Under the pieces are notes generated by a model. The model was not told the origin of the DNA. It made no database searches and saw nothing but the letters and a program-made list of their open reading frames with translations. A stretch of DNA of 64,000 nt from Pseudoxanthomonas suwonensis (GTDB taxonomy: Bacteria; Pseudomonadota; Gammaproteobacteria; Xanthomonadales; Xanthomonadaceae): assembly GCA_003240695.1 (NCBI GenBank), contig QFNC01000009.1, positions 31,471 through 95,470 on the forward strand, in the 5' to 3' direction. Positions 48,376 through 58,625 of this stretch are shown here, piece by piece. The translations under genes were made by a program, and so were the position numbers. Within the stretch, counting starts at the first letter, position 1. Each line of letters opens with the position of its first letter.

Positions 48376-51174
48376 TCAGAAGGCGACCTGCCAGCTGACC
48401 TGACCCTGCAACCCGTTGCGGCCGGCTTCGTTGCGGCTGTCGATGCCGAAGCGCAGCAGGCCCTTGCGATGGAAATCGGCATCCACCCCGAAGCCGAACA
48501 CCGTCGCATCGCGCGCCAGTGGCTGGCCCATGATCGGCGACCACAGGTCCAGTGCATTGAAGCGGGCATTGATGTCGGCGCCGGATTGCGACAACGTGCG
48601 CTGCCATTCGACACGGCCGTACCAGCGCAGATCGGAACTGTTCCAGGTCCAGTCACGATTGAAGCGCATGCCCAGCAGCGCCTGCGTGGCCCGCATGGTC
48701 GATGCATCGGCGGTCAGGCCGAAGCCGATCAGGTCGTTCTCGGAAAAACCGCCGCGATCCAGCTGCAGCGCATGCATGCCGACGTACGGGGTGATGCCGG
48801 CCTGCCCGACCGTCCAGCGCCGCCCGGCCTGCAGATCGACGGCCGTGTACTGGTCGGCGTAGTCCGAACCGGCCCGGAAGCTCTCCGCACCCAGCAGCAG
48901 ATCGCGCTGCGCATGCCGCTCGATGCGGCCCTGCGCGATGCGACCCAGCAGGTAGTTCGACCCGACATTCCAACTGGCATACAGCTGCGCGTCGGTCTGG
49001 CGGGTCTGCTCGCGGTCGAAGCGGCTGGTCAACCAGGTGTCGGTCCGCGTCTGGCCGAACGCGGCACCGACGGTGAGCGCATCGCCCAGGCGCACGTCCT
49101 GGCCCATGGTCCAGCCACTGGCATTCACGTCGAAGCCGCCGCGGCTCTGGCGCTGGCTATCGATGTGATCGGCCCAGGCACCGGCCAGTCGCGGATCGTC
49201 CTTGCGTTCGTCCAGGCGGTTCTCCAGCGCATGACGGCTGCTTTCGGCGGCCATGCTGGCGTACAGCGTGTCGTGGCCGTGCAACTGCCCCGACAGGCTG
49301 TCCAGCGTCTGTTCCGCAACCGATGCCGATGCCGAGCGCTGGATCGCGCCCGCACCCTGCAGGAAACCGCTGCCGACTGCCGTGCCGGCGTCGATCGCGC
49401 CGAATGCGCCTTCCACCCGCTGCGCAGCGGACATCGCCGCCGGGGTGAACCCGAAGGACGCCGCGGTGGCCGTCACGTCCAGTCGGGTGATGTCCATGAA
49501 CACGCTGGTGGGATCGTAGCCCAGCGTGGCGGTGAGGAACACGCCCGGCGCTTGGGTCAGGCTTCCGAATTGTCCGTTGCGGCCGCCGGCGGCGGTCAGC
49601 ACGGTTTCGCGATTCGATCGCGTATAGCCTTGCGCGATGCCGGTCACCTGCAATTCGCCGGCCAGCGTGGCCGTGCCGGTGATGGCCAGCGGCGAACCGA
49701 CCTGGAAGGCCAGCCGCCCGCTGCCGTTCTGGATGAAGTTGCCCTGGATGGCCTTGTTCCCGGGCGCGCCACCCACCTGGAAGGTGCCCGAATTGGTGAC
49801 CGATCCACCTGCCCCGCCGCCTGTCTGCAGGACCGCGCCGGAACTGATCGTTGCCGCGCCCGGCACGCTGCCCGCAAACGCCAGCGTGCCGCCCTGCACC
49901 GAGGTGGCGCCGGTGTACGTGGCTGCACCGGTCAGGCTGAGCTTGCCCGCGCCGGATTTGGTCAAGCCGCCCGCGCCAGCGATGTCGTTGCCCCAGACCG
50001 AGTCGGCGCCGCGCGTGTCCACCGACACGTTGCCCCAATCGAACCTGGCCGGGCCGTTGATCGCCCTGCCGATGTCCAGCAGGCCGTAGCCGAACACCGC
50101 ATCCGGGCCGGGGTCTCCCAGATCCTTGGCCGTGCCCAGCAGCGTCTGCCGCACCAGGTCGTTGTTGAAATAGGGATACTTCTGCCACACCAGCGCCGCC
50201 GCGCCGGACACCAGTGGCGCCGCCAGCGAGGTGCCCTGGTACTGCCAGTAGCTGGGGCTCTGACTGGTGTCGTCGGTGCCGGTCACGATCACCTTGCCCG
50301 GCGCCACCAGGCAGTAGCGCATGGCATAGCCGCAGCGGTTGGAGTAGCCGGCGATCTGGGTGGGATTGTCGGTGTCCAGTGCCGCGACGGTCAGCCAGCC
50401 GCGCTCCAGATCGGCCGCCGGCATCGAGCCGCCGGTGCCGGGCTGGCTGGGCAATGCCGCCATGTCGGTGGGATTGGGACGCGATTCGTTGCCGGTGGCG
50501 AACACCACCAGCCCGTCGTTGTTGAAGATGAAACGCCGGTATTCGCCTGCGATCGGCGCAGTGGCGGCCGGATTGTTCCAGTACAGGCCGCCCCACGAAT
50601 TGTTCATGATGCGCACGCCGCGACTGATCAGGTCGTTGTGCACCGGCTCCAGGCCCAGCGCTCCATCCACCTCGTTGCCGTCGCCGCTGCCGTCGTCTTC
50701 CGGCGGCTTGTCGGAAATGATGCGGGCCGACACGATGCTGGCGCCCGGCGCCACTCCGCCCGGCCACGTGCCGAAGGCGGTACCGGCCGCGATCTGCGCC
50801 ACAGCAGTGCCATGGCCGACCACGTCATCCTTGTTCACGTTGTTCTTGGCCGGATCCACGTACACCAGATTGGCCTTTACCCGCGGCGACAGCGCCGGAT
50901 GGTTGCGCATCACCCCGCTGTCCACGAAGCCGATGGTCACGCCGGCACCGGTCAAGCCTGCGGCCTTGGCCGGCGCGGCATTGGTCAATTCCAGATGCTT
51001 GCTGTAGGCCGGATTGGGCGGCTGCACCAGCGGCGGCGGTGCCGAGGGCGGCGGATCGGGCGGACGCACGACATTGCCGCCACCACCGCCACCACCGCAG
51101 GCGGACAGGACAGCCATGGCCAGCAGGCTCAGGCCCCGTGTGGCGCCATCGGCGCGGGTGCAGGTACTACGCAT
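48376..51174 (-). CDS. Autotransporter subtilisin-like (S8) serine protease with C-terminal beta-barrel
   Basis: Signal/lipobox LLAMAVLSAC with Gly/Pro-rich linker. S8 catalytic D (GFVDSGV), H (HGTAVAQ) and S (GTSLAAP). A Gly-rich beta-helix passenger and a C-terminal autotransporter barrel ending ...QVSWQVAF. Confidence 0.9.
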   Translation of the reverse strand: MRSTCTRADGATRGLSLLAMAVLSACGGGGGGGNVVRPPDPPPSAPPPLVQPPNPAYSKHLELTNAAPAKAAGLTGAGVTIGFVDSGVMRNHPALSPRVKANLVYVDPAKNNVNKDDVVGHGTAVAQIAAGTAFGTWPGGVAPGASIVSARIISDKPPEDDGSGDGNEVDGALGLEPVHNDLISRGVRIMNNSWGGLYWNNPAATAPIAGEYRRFIFNNDGLVVFATGNESRPNPTDMAALPSQPGTGGSMPAADLERGWLTVAALDTDNPTQIAGYSNRCGYAMRYCLVAPGKVIVTGTDDTSQSPSYWQYQGTSLAAPLVSGAAALVWQKYPYFNNDLVRQTLLGTAKDLGDPGPDAVFGYGLLDIGRAINGPARFDWGNVSVDTRGADSVWGNDIAGAGGLTKSGAGKLSLTGAATYTGATSVQGGTLAFAGSVPGAATISSGAVLQTGGGAGGSVTNSGTFQVGGAPGNKAIQGNFIQNGSGRLAFQVGSPLAITGTATLAGELQVTGIAQGYTRSNRETVLTAAGGRNGQFGSLTQAPGVFLTATLGYDPTSVFMDITRLDVTATAASFGFTPAAMSAAQRVEGAFGAIDAGTAVGSGFLQGAGAIQRSASASVAEQTLDSLSGQLHGHDTLYASMAAESSRHALENRLDERKDDPRLAGAWADHIDSQRQSRGGFDVNASGWTMGQDVRLGDALTVGAAFGQTRTDTWLTSRFDREQTRQTDAQLYASWNVGSNYLLGRIAQGRIERHAQRDLLLGAESFRAGSDYADQYTAVDLQAGRRWTVGQAGITPYVGMHALQLDRGGFSENDLIGFGLTADASTMRATQALLGMRFNRDWTWNSSDLRWYGRVEWQRTLSQSGADINARFNALDLWSPIMGQPLARDATVFGFGVDADFHRKGLLRFGIDSRNEAGRNGLQGQVSWQVAF

Positions 51175-51365
51175 CGGATGTTCTCCCCGGGCCCCGACCA
51201 TCGGGCCGTGCACCGCAATGGGAGCACAAGCCGGTGACGGACACAATGCGCAATCCCGACCCGTTCAGCGCAGCGCGAACACCGTCACGAACCCTGCGCG
51301 GACTGCGCACTGGCCGGTCCGGGCGATAATGGCCTTCTGCCCCCTTCTCGATCCGGAGACACGTC

Positions 51366-52541
51366 ATGAGCGACATCGTCATCCTCGGTGCCAAGCGCAC
51401 CCCCATCGGCTCCATGCTGGGCCAGTTCACCGGCGTCGCCACACCCGTGCTCGGCACGGCGGCCATCGCCGGCGCCCTGGAACACGCCGGCATCGCCGCC
51501 GACCGGGTGGATGAAGTCATCATGGGCTGCGTGCTGCCGGCCGGCCTCGGCCAGGCTCCTGCCCGCCAGGCCGCGCGTGCGGCCGGCATTCCCGACGCCG
51601 CCGGTGCCACCACCATCAACAAGGTGTGCGGCTCGGGCATGAAGTCGATCATGCTGGCCCACGACATCATCCGGGCCGGCTCGGCCAAGGTGGTGGTGGC
51701 CGGCGGCATGGAATCGATGACCAATGCGCCGCATCTTCTCAACGGCTCTCGCACCGGCATCCGCTACGGCAGCGCGGAGTTCCTCGACCACATGGCGTTC
51801 GACGGCCTCACCGATCCCTACGAAGGCAAGGCCATGGGCGTGTTCGGCGATGCCGCCGTGGCCAAGTACGGCTTCACCCGCGAGCAGGTCGATGCCTACT
51901 CCACCGAAAGCGTGCGCCGGGCCCAGCAGGCGATTGCCGATGGCGCTTTCAAGGCGGAAATCGTCCCGGTCACGGTGAAGGGTCGCAAGGGCGAGGTGGT
52001 GGTCGACAGCGACGAGGAACCGGGCAAGATCGACATCGCGAAGATTCCCGGCCTGCGCGCCGCCTTCGGCAAGGATGGCGTGCTCACCGCCGCCTCGTCG
52101 TCGAAGATTTCCGATGGTGCCGCGGCGGTGGTGGTGATGTCGGCCGATGAGGCCTCGAAGATCGATGCCCTGCCGCTGGCCCGCATCGTCGCCCATGCCA
52201 CGCATTCGCAGGCACCGGAGTGGTTCACCACCGCGCCGGTCAGGGCGATCGTCAACGTGCTGGACAAGGCAGGATGGGCCGCCGGCGATGTGGACCTGTA
52301 CGAAATCAACGAAGCCTTTTCGTTAGTGGCGATGGCACCCATCCATGACCTCGGCATCCGTCACGACAAGGTCAATGTCAATGGCGGCGCCGTCGCGCTG
52401 GGACATCCCATCGGCGCCAGCGGTGCGCGTCTGGTGGTCACGCTGCTCCACGCCTTGCAGGCACGCGGCGGCAGGCGCGGCGTCGCATCGCTGTGCATCG
52501 GCGGTGGCGAAGCCACGGCAATCGCGTTAGAACTTTGCTAA
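51366..52541 (+). CDS. Acetyl-CoA C-acetyltransferase (thiolase II)
   Basis: Thiolase motifs (NKVCGSGMKS, GHPIGASGAR, CIGGGEA). Confidence 0.9.
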   Translation: MSDIVILGAKRTPIGSMLGQFTGVATPVLGTAAIAGALEHAGIAADRVDEVIMGCVLPAGLGQAPARQAARAAGIPDAAGATTINKVCGSGMKSIMLAHDIIRAGSAKVVVAGGMESMTNAPHLLNGSRTGIRYGSAEFLDHMAFDGLTDPYEGKAMGVFGDAAVAKYGFTREQVDAYSTESVRRAQQAIADGAFKAEIVPVTVKGRKGEVVVDSDEEPGKIDIAKIPGLRAAFGKDGVLTAASSSKISDGAAAVVVMSADEASKIDALPLARIVAHATHSQAPEWFTTAPVRAIVNVLDKAGWAAGDVDLYEINEAFSLVAMAPIHDLGIRHDKVNVNGGAVALGHPIGASGARLVVTLLHALQARGGRRGVASLCIGGGEATAIALELC

Positions 52542-52600
52542 ATCGCTAAACGGCAACGAAAGGTTGTCGCCGGCTTAACGGAAAATTTTCAAACACCCGC

Positions 52601-52652
52601 TTGACACGCGCAACCAGCTTGTCATCATGTTGTCGACGCGCATTCATGCGCG
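52601..52652 (+). promoter_or_regulatory. Candidate promoter (TTGACA-N16-CATCAT) followed by a perfect 16-bp palindrome CGCGCATTCATGCGCG upstream of the Ala-rich lipoprotein gene
   Basis: TTGACA at 52601-52606 and the palindrome at 52637-52652. Start codon at 52689 with RBS GAGGAA. Confidence 0.45.
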
Positions 52653-52688
52653 TTGTCCCAAAATCCAATTTCTGACGAGGAAACAACC

Positions 52689-53066
52689 ATGACCATCAAC
52701 AAGGCGCTGCTCGCCCTGGCTCTGGGCTTCGCCCTGACCGCGTGCACCAACCAGCAGCAGGCCGCCGACTCGGCCGCCGAAGCTGCCGAAGCTGCCGGCG
52801 AAGCGCAGGAAGCTGCGAACAACGCCGCGATGACCGGCGATGCCGCCGCTACCGAAGCTGCCCAGGCTGCTGCCGACACGGCCGCCATGGCTGCCGGTAC
52901 CGCCGCCACCTCGGCTGACGCCGCTGCCGCCGCTGGCGACGTGACCGCCGCCGACGACGCCGCCGATGCTGCCGAGCAGTCGGCCGACGCCGCCGAGCAG
53001 GCCCAGGACGCTGCCGAAGAAGCTGCTGCTTCGGCCGACGCTCCGACCAACAACAACGGCATGTAA
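52689..53066 (+). CDS. Alanine-rich low-complexity lipoprotein (125 aa)
   Basis: Signal peptide with lipobox LTAC. The mature part is ~55% Ala with AAEAA/AADxA repeats. RBS GAGGAA. Terminator downstream. Confidence 0.7.
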   Translation: MTINKALLALALGFALTACTNQQQAADSAAEAAEAAGEAQEAANNAAMTGDAAATEAAQAAADTAAMAAGTAATSADAAAAAGDVTAADDAADAAEQSADAAEQAQDAAEEAAASADAPTNNNGM

Positions 53067-53087
53067 TCCAGGCCTGTTGCTGTAACC

Positions 53088-53123
53088 AAGGCCGCCGGTA
53101 TTTCGATGCCGGCGGCCTTTTGC
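53088..53123 (+). terminator. Rho-independent terminator after the first Ala-rich lipoprotein gene
   Basis: AAGGCCGCCGG-loop-CCGGCGGCCTT followed by TTGC. Confidence 0.65.
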
Positions 53124-53184
53124 TAGCAGCACTGCCGGGCCAACGCAACCCGTTGTCGTTCTCCTATCCCATCTCCAGGAAATC

Positions 53185-53622
53185 ATGACGATGAACATCA
53201 AACTCGCCACGCTTGCCGCCACCAGCCTGCTGGCCCTGGCTGCCTGCAATTCGCCTACCGCCGAACAGAAGGCCGACGAAGCCGCTGCCGCCGCCGACCA
53301 GGCTGGCCAGGAAGCGGCCGTCGCCGCCGAAACCGCCGGTGACGCCGCTGCCTCGGCTGCCAACGCCGCCGGCGATGCCGCCGTTGCCGCCGGCGATGCT
53401 GCCGTGGCCGGTGCCGCCGCTGCTGCCGGCACCGCCGCCGCTGCCGTGGATGCCGCCGCCGATCCGGTTCAGGCCGCCTACGAGGAAGGCAAGGCCGGTG
53501 CCGCCGACGCCCTGAGCACTGCCGCCCAGAACGTGGGCAACGCTGCCCAGAACGCTGCCGGCGAACTGAAGCAGGAAGCCGCCGAAGCCAAGGCCACCGC
53601 CGACGCCGAGAAGAAGGACTGA
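53185..53622 (+). CDS. Alanine-rich low-complexity lipoprotein paralogue (145 aa)
   Basis: Lipobox LAAC. Same biased composition as the upstream gene. Terminator hairpin AAGGCCCGC-TTCG-GCGGGCCTT at 53653-53684. Confidence 0.7.
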   Translation: MTMNIKLATLAATSLLALAACNSPTAEQKADEAAAAADQAGQEAAVAAETAGDAAASAANAAGDAAVAAGDAAVAGAAAAAGTAAAAVDAAADPVQAAYEEGKAGAADALSTAAQNVGNAAQNAAGELKQEAAEAKATADAEKKD

Positions 53623-53751
53623 TCCTTCATCCGCATCGTGTGATGCTTCAGCTAAGGCCCGCTTCGGCGGGCCTTTGTCTTTGCCGATGTCCAGCGACCC
53701 GGCACCGCTTGGCGCTATGCTTGCGGACCGTCATCCAGTCCAACGGTCGTC

Positions 53752-55359
53752 ATGCCCGTTCTCCCCAGCCACGTCGACTCCCGCTCTGCCGAATTCGGCG
53801 CCAACCGCGACTGGCATCGCCGGTTGAGCGATCACCTGCACGACACATTGGCGCAAATCGCATTGGGCGGTGGCGATGCCGCGATGGCCAAGCACGTGCA
53901 ACGCGGCAAGCTGCCTGCCCGCGAGCGCATCACGGCGCTGCTGGATCCCGGCTCGCCGTTCCTGGAACTGAATGCGCTGGCCGCCCACGGCCTGTACGAC
54001 GATGCGGCCCCGGCAGCCGGCATCGTCACCGGCATCGGCCGCGTGCATGGCCAGGAAGTGTTGGTGGTGGCCAACGACGCCACCGTGAAGGGCGGCACCT
54101 ACTTCCCGATGACGGTGAAGAAGCACCTGCGCGCACAGGACGTGGCGATGGAGAACCGCTTGCCCTGCATCTACCTGGTGGATTCCGGCGGCGCGTTCCT
54201 GCCGCTGCAGGACGAGGTGTTTCCCGACCGCGAACACTTCGGCCGCATCTTCTACAACCAGGCGCGGATGAGCGCGGCCGGCATCCCGCAGGTGGCGGTG
54301 GTGATGGGCAGCTGCACCGCGGGCGGCGCCTATGTGCCGGCAATGTGCGACGAAAGCGTGATCGTGCGCGGACAGGGCACGATTTTCCTGGGCGGCCCGC
54401 CGCTGGTGAAGGCTGCCACCGGCGAGGTGGTGGATGCCGAAACCCTGGGCGGTGCCGACGTGCACACCCGCATTTCCGGAGTGGCCGACCATTTCGCCGA
54501 GGACGACCGCCACGCGCTGCAGATCGCCCGCGACATCGCCCGCCACTTCAATCGCGGCAAGCGATTGCCGGTCACCACGCAGCCGGTGCGCGAACCACTG
54601 TATCCGGCCGAGGAGCTGTACGGCATCGTGCCGCAGGACGCGCGCCGGCCGTTCGACATCCGCGAAGTCATCGCCCGCATCGTGGACGGCAGCGATTTCG
54701 CCGAATTCAAGGCCCGCTACGGCAAGACCCTGGTCTGCGGCTTCGCCCACATCCACGGCTATCCGGTCGGCATCGTCGCCAACAACGGCATCCTGTTTTC
54801 CGAGTCGGCGCTCAAGGGCGCGCATTTCATCGAACTGTGCAACCAACGCGGCATCCCGCTGGTGTTCCTGCAGAACATCACCGGGTTCATGGTCGGCAAG
54901 AAGTACGAGCAGGCCGGCATCGCGAAGGACGGGGCGAAGATGGTGACCGCGGTGGCCTGTTCGTCCGTGCCCAAGTTCACCGTGGTGATCGGCGGCAGTT
55001 TCGGCGCCGGCAACTACGCGATGTGCGGACGTGCCTACGGCGGCCGATTCCTGTGGATGTGGCCGAATGCCCGCATCAGCGTGATGGGCGGCGAACAGGC
55101 CGCCAGCGTGCTGGCCACGGTGCGCCGCGACGGCATCGAGGCCAAGGGCGGCCATTGGAGCGCCGAGGGCGAAGCAGCCTTCAAGCAGCCGATCCAGCAG
55201 CAGTACGAGGAGCAGGGGCATCCCTACTACGCATCGGCGCGGCTGTGGGACGACGGCATCATCGATCCGACCGACACCCGCCGCGTGCTGGGACTGGGCC
55301 TGTCGGCAGCGTTGAACGCGCCGATCGAACCGGCGCGCTTTGGCGTATTCCGGATGTAG
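53752..55359 (+). CDS. liuB: Methylcrotonyl-CoA carboxylase carboxyltransferase (beta) subunit
   Basis: 535 aa. AccD/PCCB-like N- and C-terminal carboxyltransferase halves with high similarity to MCCase beta ([26 protein letters not shown]). Confidence 0.9.
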   Translation: MPVLPSHVDSRSAEFGANRDWHRRLSDHLHDTLAQIALGGGDAAMAKHVQRGKLPARERITALLDPGSPFLELNALAAHGLYDDAAPAAGIVTGIGRVHGQEVLVVANDATVKGGTYFPMTVKKHLRAQDVAMENRLPCIYLVDSGGAFLPLQDEVFPDREHFGRIFYNQARMSAAGIPQVAVVMGSCTAGGAYVPAMCDESVIVRGQGTIFLGGPPLVKAATGEVVDAETLGGADVHTRISGVADHFAEDDRHALQIARDIARHFNRGKRLPVTTQPVREPLYPAEELYGIVPQDARRPFDIREVIARIVDGSDFAEFKARYGKTLVCGFAHIHGYPVGIVANNGILFSESALKGAHFIELCNQRGIPLVFLQNITGFMVGKKYEQAGIAKDGAKMVTAVACSSVPKFTVVIGGSFGAGNYAMCGRAYGGRFLWMWPNARISVMGGEQAASVLATVRRDGIEAKGGHWSAEGEAAFKQPIQQQYEEQGHPYYASARLWDDGIIDPTDTRRVLGLGLSAALNAPIEPARFGVFRM

Positions 55360-55476
55360 CGGCACGCGTGGACCGCGGAATGTGACTGATTGCGCGCTTT
55401 CCGCCGCGATCGACCCAGCCATTCTGCGGCGTGATAGGCTCGGCGTTCCCCCGTCCGCGCAGCTCCCGGAGCGATC

Positions 55477-56055
55477 ATGGCCATCTTCAACAACCCGCAA
55501 CCTGCACCCCGCAAGGACAAGGATTCCCTGCCCTCGTTCGCCGCCGGCACCGAACCGGTCAATGACGCCCGCGACGTGCCCACGGCCGATTTCGCGCCGC
55601 TGACCTCGCCGCCGCTGGGCATGCGTCCCGGCCCAGCAACGTCATCGCAGCCGCAGCCCACCGGCAAACCCGTCGCCAAGGAATCGGTGATCGCCGCCGA
55701 TTTGACCATCGAGGGCAAGATCGAAGGCACCGGGCACGTGCGCATCGCCGGTCGCTTCAAGGGCGACGTGAACGTGCAGGGCGACCTGACCATCGAGAAA
55801 GGCGCCAAGCTGTCCGGCGGCGTGCGCGCCAGCAAGGTCAACGTGGGCGGCGAGCTGGAAGGCAACATCGAATCGGCCTCGCGCGTGGAACTGTTCGAAT
55901 CCGGTGCCATCAGCGGCGATCTGAAAGCCGACACGCTGATCGTGGCCGCCGGCTCGCGCATCCGCGGCCACGTGGAATGCGGCTGGGCCGATGCCGCATC
56001 CGGCAGCTCCGGCAAGAAGACCGACGATGCCACGCCGGAGAGCGACGCCGCGTGA
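55477..56055 (+). CDS. Bactofilin-family cytoskeletal protein
   Basis: Disordered Pro-rich N-terminus, then beta-helical bactofilin repeats (IEGKIEGTGHVRIAGRFKGDVNVQGDLTIEKGAKLSGGVRASKVNVGGELEGNIES). Confidence 0.85.
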   Translation: MAIFNNPQPAPRKDKDSLPSFAAGTEPVNDARDVPTADFAPLTSPPLGMRPGPATSSQPQPTGKPVAKESVIAADLTIEGKIEGTGHVRIAGRFKGDVNVQGDLTIEKGAKLSGGVRASKVNVGGELEGNIESASRVELFESGAISGDLKADTLIVAAGSRIRGHVECGWADAASGSSGKKTDDATPESDAA

Positions 56056-56414
56056 GCAGTGCCCGCGCGAGCACGGCCGGTTCCACCCGCGCCTGCCCGC
56101 ACTGCAAGGCCACGATCCTGCAAAGCGCCGCGGTCTGCCCCAACTGCCGCGGCCACCTGCGCTACGACTCGGCCGCCGTGGCTGGCCAGTCCACCGCCGC
56201 CTCCACGCCACTGCGCGTGGAAGGCACGGTGCGGCATCCCGGCGGCACCGGCGCGCTGGAATACACCATGCTGCTGACCATCCGCAACCAGCGTGGCGAG
56301 GAAGTGGCCCGCCAGCTGGTGGGCGTGGGCGCCATGCACGCCGGCGAGCAGCGCACCTTCACCCTGTCGGTGGAGCTGTTCGACGGCAAGCCGTCCACGC
56401 TGGCCCGCAAGTAA
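56052..56414 (+). CDS. Hypothetical zinc-ribbon protein (CPHC...CPNC) coupled to bactofilin, GTG start
   Basis: GTG overlaps the bactofilin stop. Two CxxC pairs near the N-terminus followed by a ~70-aa domain. Weak support. Confidence 0.45.
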   Translation: MSSARASTAGSTRACPHCKATILQSAAVCPNCRGHLRYDSAAVAGQSTAASTPLRVEGTVRHPGGTGALEYTMLLTIRNQRGEEVARQLVGVGAMHAGEQRTFTLSVELFDGKPSTLARK

Positions 56415-56425
56415 CGCAGCGCCTC

Positions 56426-56833
56426 TCAGCCCGGTCGCTTGCTGCGCCGCACGTACAGCACCAGCGCGTGTTCCTCGATCACGTAGCCGTGCTCGGCGGC
56501 GATCTGCTTCTGCAGCTCCTCGATCGCATCGCTGTGGAATTCGATCACCTTGCCGGTATCCAGATCGACCATGTGATCGTGATGATCCCCCCGGTCCAGC
56601 TCGTACACGGCCTGGCCGCCCTCGAAATTGTGCTTCAGCACCAGTCCCGCGCTTTCGAACTGGGTCAGCACCCGATACACCGTGGCCAGCCCGATCTCGT
56701 CGCCCGCATCCAGCAGGTTGCGATAGATATCTTCCGCGGTCAGGTGCTGGTCGGTGGTTTCCAGCAGCTGCAGCACGCGCATGCGCGGATGGGTGACTTT
56801 CAACCCGGCGTTGCGCAGGTCCTGCGATTCCAC
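56426..56833 (-). CDS. fur: Ferric uptake regulator Fur (GTG start)
   Basis: Aligns with E. coli Fur (LKVTHPRMRVLQLL...GLATVYRVLTQFESAGLV...HHDHMVDLDTGKVIEF). RBS GGAGG 7 nt before the GTG at 56831-56833. The track ORF is N-terminally over-extended. Confidence 0.9.
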   Translation of the reverse strand: MESQDLRNAGLKVTHPRMRVLQLLETTDQHLTAEDIYRNLLDAGDEIGLATVYRVLTQFESAGLVLKHNFEGGQAVYELDRGDHHDHMVDLDTGKVIEFHSDAIEELQKQIAAEHGYVIEEHALVLYVRRSKRPG

Positions 56834-56946
56834 GATGGATGCCTCCCGGACGGCGGTTGCGCAGACAATCGGCGATGAATCGCCATCACGGCCGCAAGCC
56901 GCGACCAGCGCCCGGAGTGTATCATTCACGCTTTGCACTGCCCTCC

Positions 56947-57354
56947 ATGCCCATGCGCCGCATCCTGCTCATTGCCCTCGTCGCCGCCTGCACCAGCGCC
57001 TGCGGGGTGCTGTACCGCCAGCCGATCTACCAGGGCAATCTGGTGGAAAAGACCGCCGTGGACCAGCTGCAGGCCGGCATGAGCAAGCGCCAGGTGATGG
57101 GTTTGATGGGTACGCCGTCGGTGGCCGACCCGTTCCACCAGAGCCGCTGGGACTACACCGCCACCCAACGCACTGGCCGGGTGGGTGCCACCGAAATGAA
57201 AACCTTTACCCTGTGGTTCGAAGGCGACGCGCTGAGCCGCTGGGAAGGCGACTACTTCCCCGAGCAGGACCAGGAACTGGCCCAGAACGCCAACCGCCAG
57301 TTCGGCCCCAATCTGGCCCGCGACAAGGACAAGAAGCGCCGTCGCAGCCGCTGA
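56947..57354 (+). CDS. bamE: Outer-membrane protein assembly factor BamE (SmpA/OmlA lipoprotein)
   Basis: Lipobox ACTSAC and BamE fold motifs (QGNLVEKTAVDQLQAGMSKRQVMGLMGTP). Divergent from fur (the classic fur-omlA pair). Confidence 0.85.
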   Translation: MPMRRILLIALVAACTSACGVLYRQPIYQGNLVEKTAVDQLQAGMSKRQVMGLMGTPSVADPFHQSRWDYTATQRTGRVGATEMKTFTLWFEGDALSRWEGDYFPEQDQELAQNANRQFGPNLARDKDKKRRRSR

Positions 57355-57361
57355 GCAGGAT

Positions 57362-57637
57362 TCACGCCTTCGGTGCGTTCTGCGCGGCACGTGCTGCCGC
57401 ACGCTCGCGCCGCGCCTGCTTCGGATCGATCCGCAGCGGCAGCAGCAGTTCCAGCCGGTCGCCATCCTGCAGCACGTGAGCCGGCGGCACCCGCTCGCCG
57501 AACACCGCGTGGCCCTGCACGCCGTCCAGCGGCAAGGTGCAGGCCTGCAGCGCATCGTGCACGCTGGCGCCCGCGGGAAGATCCAGCCACTGCTGCTCGA
57601 AACACCGCCGTTCGGCGCGGATCAGCAGCACGCGCAC
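57362..57637 (-). CDS. RnfH-family ubiquitin-like protein (RatB/YfjF-like)
   Basis: 91 aa. Located immediately downstream of ratA, as in E. coli yfjG-yfjF. Confidence 0.7.
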   Translation of the reverse strand: MRVLLIRAERRCFEQQWLDLPAGASVHDALQACTLPLDGVQGHAVFGERVPPAHVLQDGDRLELLLPLRIDPKQARRERAAARAAQNAPKA

Positions 57638-57640
57638 GGC

Positions 57641-58066
57641 TCAGCGTCCGTCGGCCACGCGGATGAAATCGTCCACCATGCGGTCGGCCAAGGTCTGCAT
57701 GCCCAGCAGCAGCGCCGGGGCCAGCAACCGGCTTTGCGGCTCGAACTCCAAGTGCAGCGACACCTTGCAGGCCGACTCGTCCAGCGCATGGAAGGTCCAG
57801 CGACCATCCAGGCGCCGGAACGGGCCGTCGCGCAGCTGCATGTCGATGTGGTGCGGCGGCGACAGGCGGTTTTCGGTGGTGAACCAGGTGCGCAGCCCGG
57901 CCACGCCCAGGTCCAGCCGGGCCAGTACGCGGTCCGCATCGCGCTGCAGCACCTGCGCGCCGTGGCACCAGTCGAAGCGGCGCGGGTAGGATTCGATGTC
58001 GTCGACCAGCGCGAACATGCGGCCTGCGGCGTGTTCGACCAGTGCGCTGCGTTGGATGGTGGGCAC
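57641..58066 (-). CDS. ratA: Ribosome-association toxin RatA (SRPBCC/polyketide-cyclase fold), GTG start
   Basis: Aligns with E. coli RatA ([28 protein letters not shown]...). Divergent from smpB. Confidence 0.85.
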   Translation of the reverse strand: MPTIQRSALVEHAAGRMFALVDDIESYPRRFDWCHGAQVLQRDADRVLARLDLGVAGLRTWFTTENRLSPPHHIDMQLRDGPFRRLDGRWTFHALDESACKVSLHLEFEPQSRLLAPALLLGMQTLADRMVDDFIRVADGR

Positions 58067-58130
58067 GGCGGTAGCGGTTCCGATGGCCGCGGCCCTCGCG
58101 CCGGACGCGCGCATGCGGGACAATGGCCGG

Positions 58131-58625
58131 ATGAGCAAGAAGGCATCCAAGGATAAAGCAAACGGCGGCGGCACGATCGCGCTGAACAAGCGGGCCCGCC
58201 ACGATTACCATCTGGACGAACGGGTGGAAGCCGGCATCGCCCTGCAGGGCTGGGAACTGAAGGCGATCCGTGCCGGGCGCGCCAACATCGGCGAAAGCTA
58301 TGCGGTGGTACGCAACGGCGAACTGTTCCTGTTCGGCGCGCAGATCACCCCGCTGATTTCAGCTTCCACCCACGTGCTGGCCGACGAGCGCCGCACCCGC
58401 AAGCTGCTGCTGCACCGGCGCGAGATCGACCAGCTGATCGGCCGGGTGCAGCGCGACGGCTACACGCTGATCCCCACCGCGCTGTACTGGAAAGGCAACA
58501 AGGTGAAGGCCGAGCTGGCGCTGGCCCGCGGCAAGCAGTCCCACGACAAGCGCGAGGCCAGCAAGGAACGCGACTGGAACCGCGAGAAGCAGCGCCTGCT
58601 GCGACGTCACAACAAGGACGCCTGA
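58131..58625 (+). CDS. smpB: SsrA-binding protein SmpB
   Basis: Near-identical motifs to E. coli SmpB ([26 protein letters not shown]-terminal basic tail). Confidence 0.95.
   Translation: MSKKASKDKANGGGTIALNKRARHDYHLDERVEAGIALQGWELKAIRAGRANIGESYAVVRNGELFLFGAQITPLISASTHVLADERRTRKLLLHRREIDQLIGRVQRDGYTLIPTALYWKGNKVKAELALARGKQSHDKREASKERDWNREKQRLLRRHNKDA

Noticed and set aside
45668-51237. Plus ORFs of 457 aa and 922 aa antisense to the S9 peptidase and S8 autotransporter
   Set aside because: Spurious high-GC frames opposite strongly supported peptidase genes.
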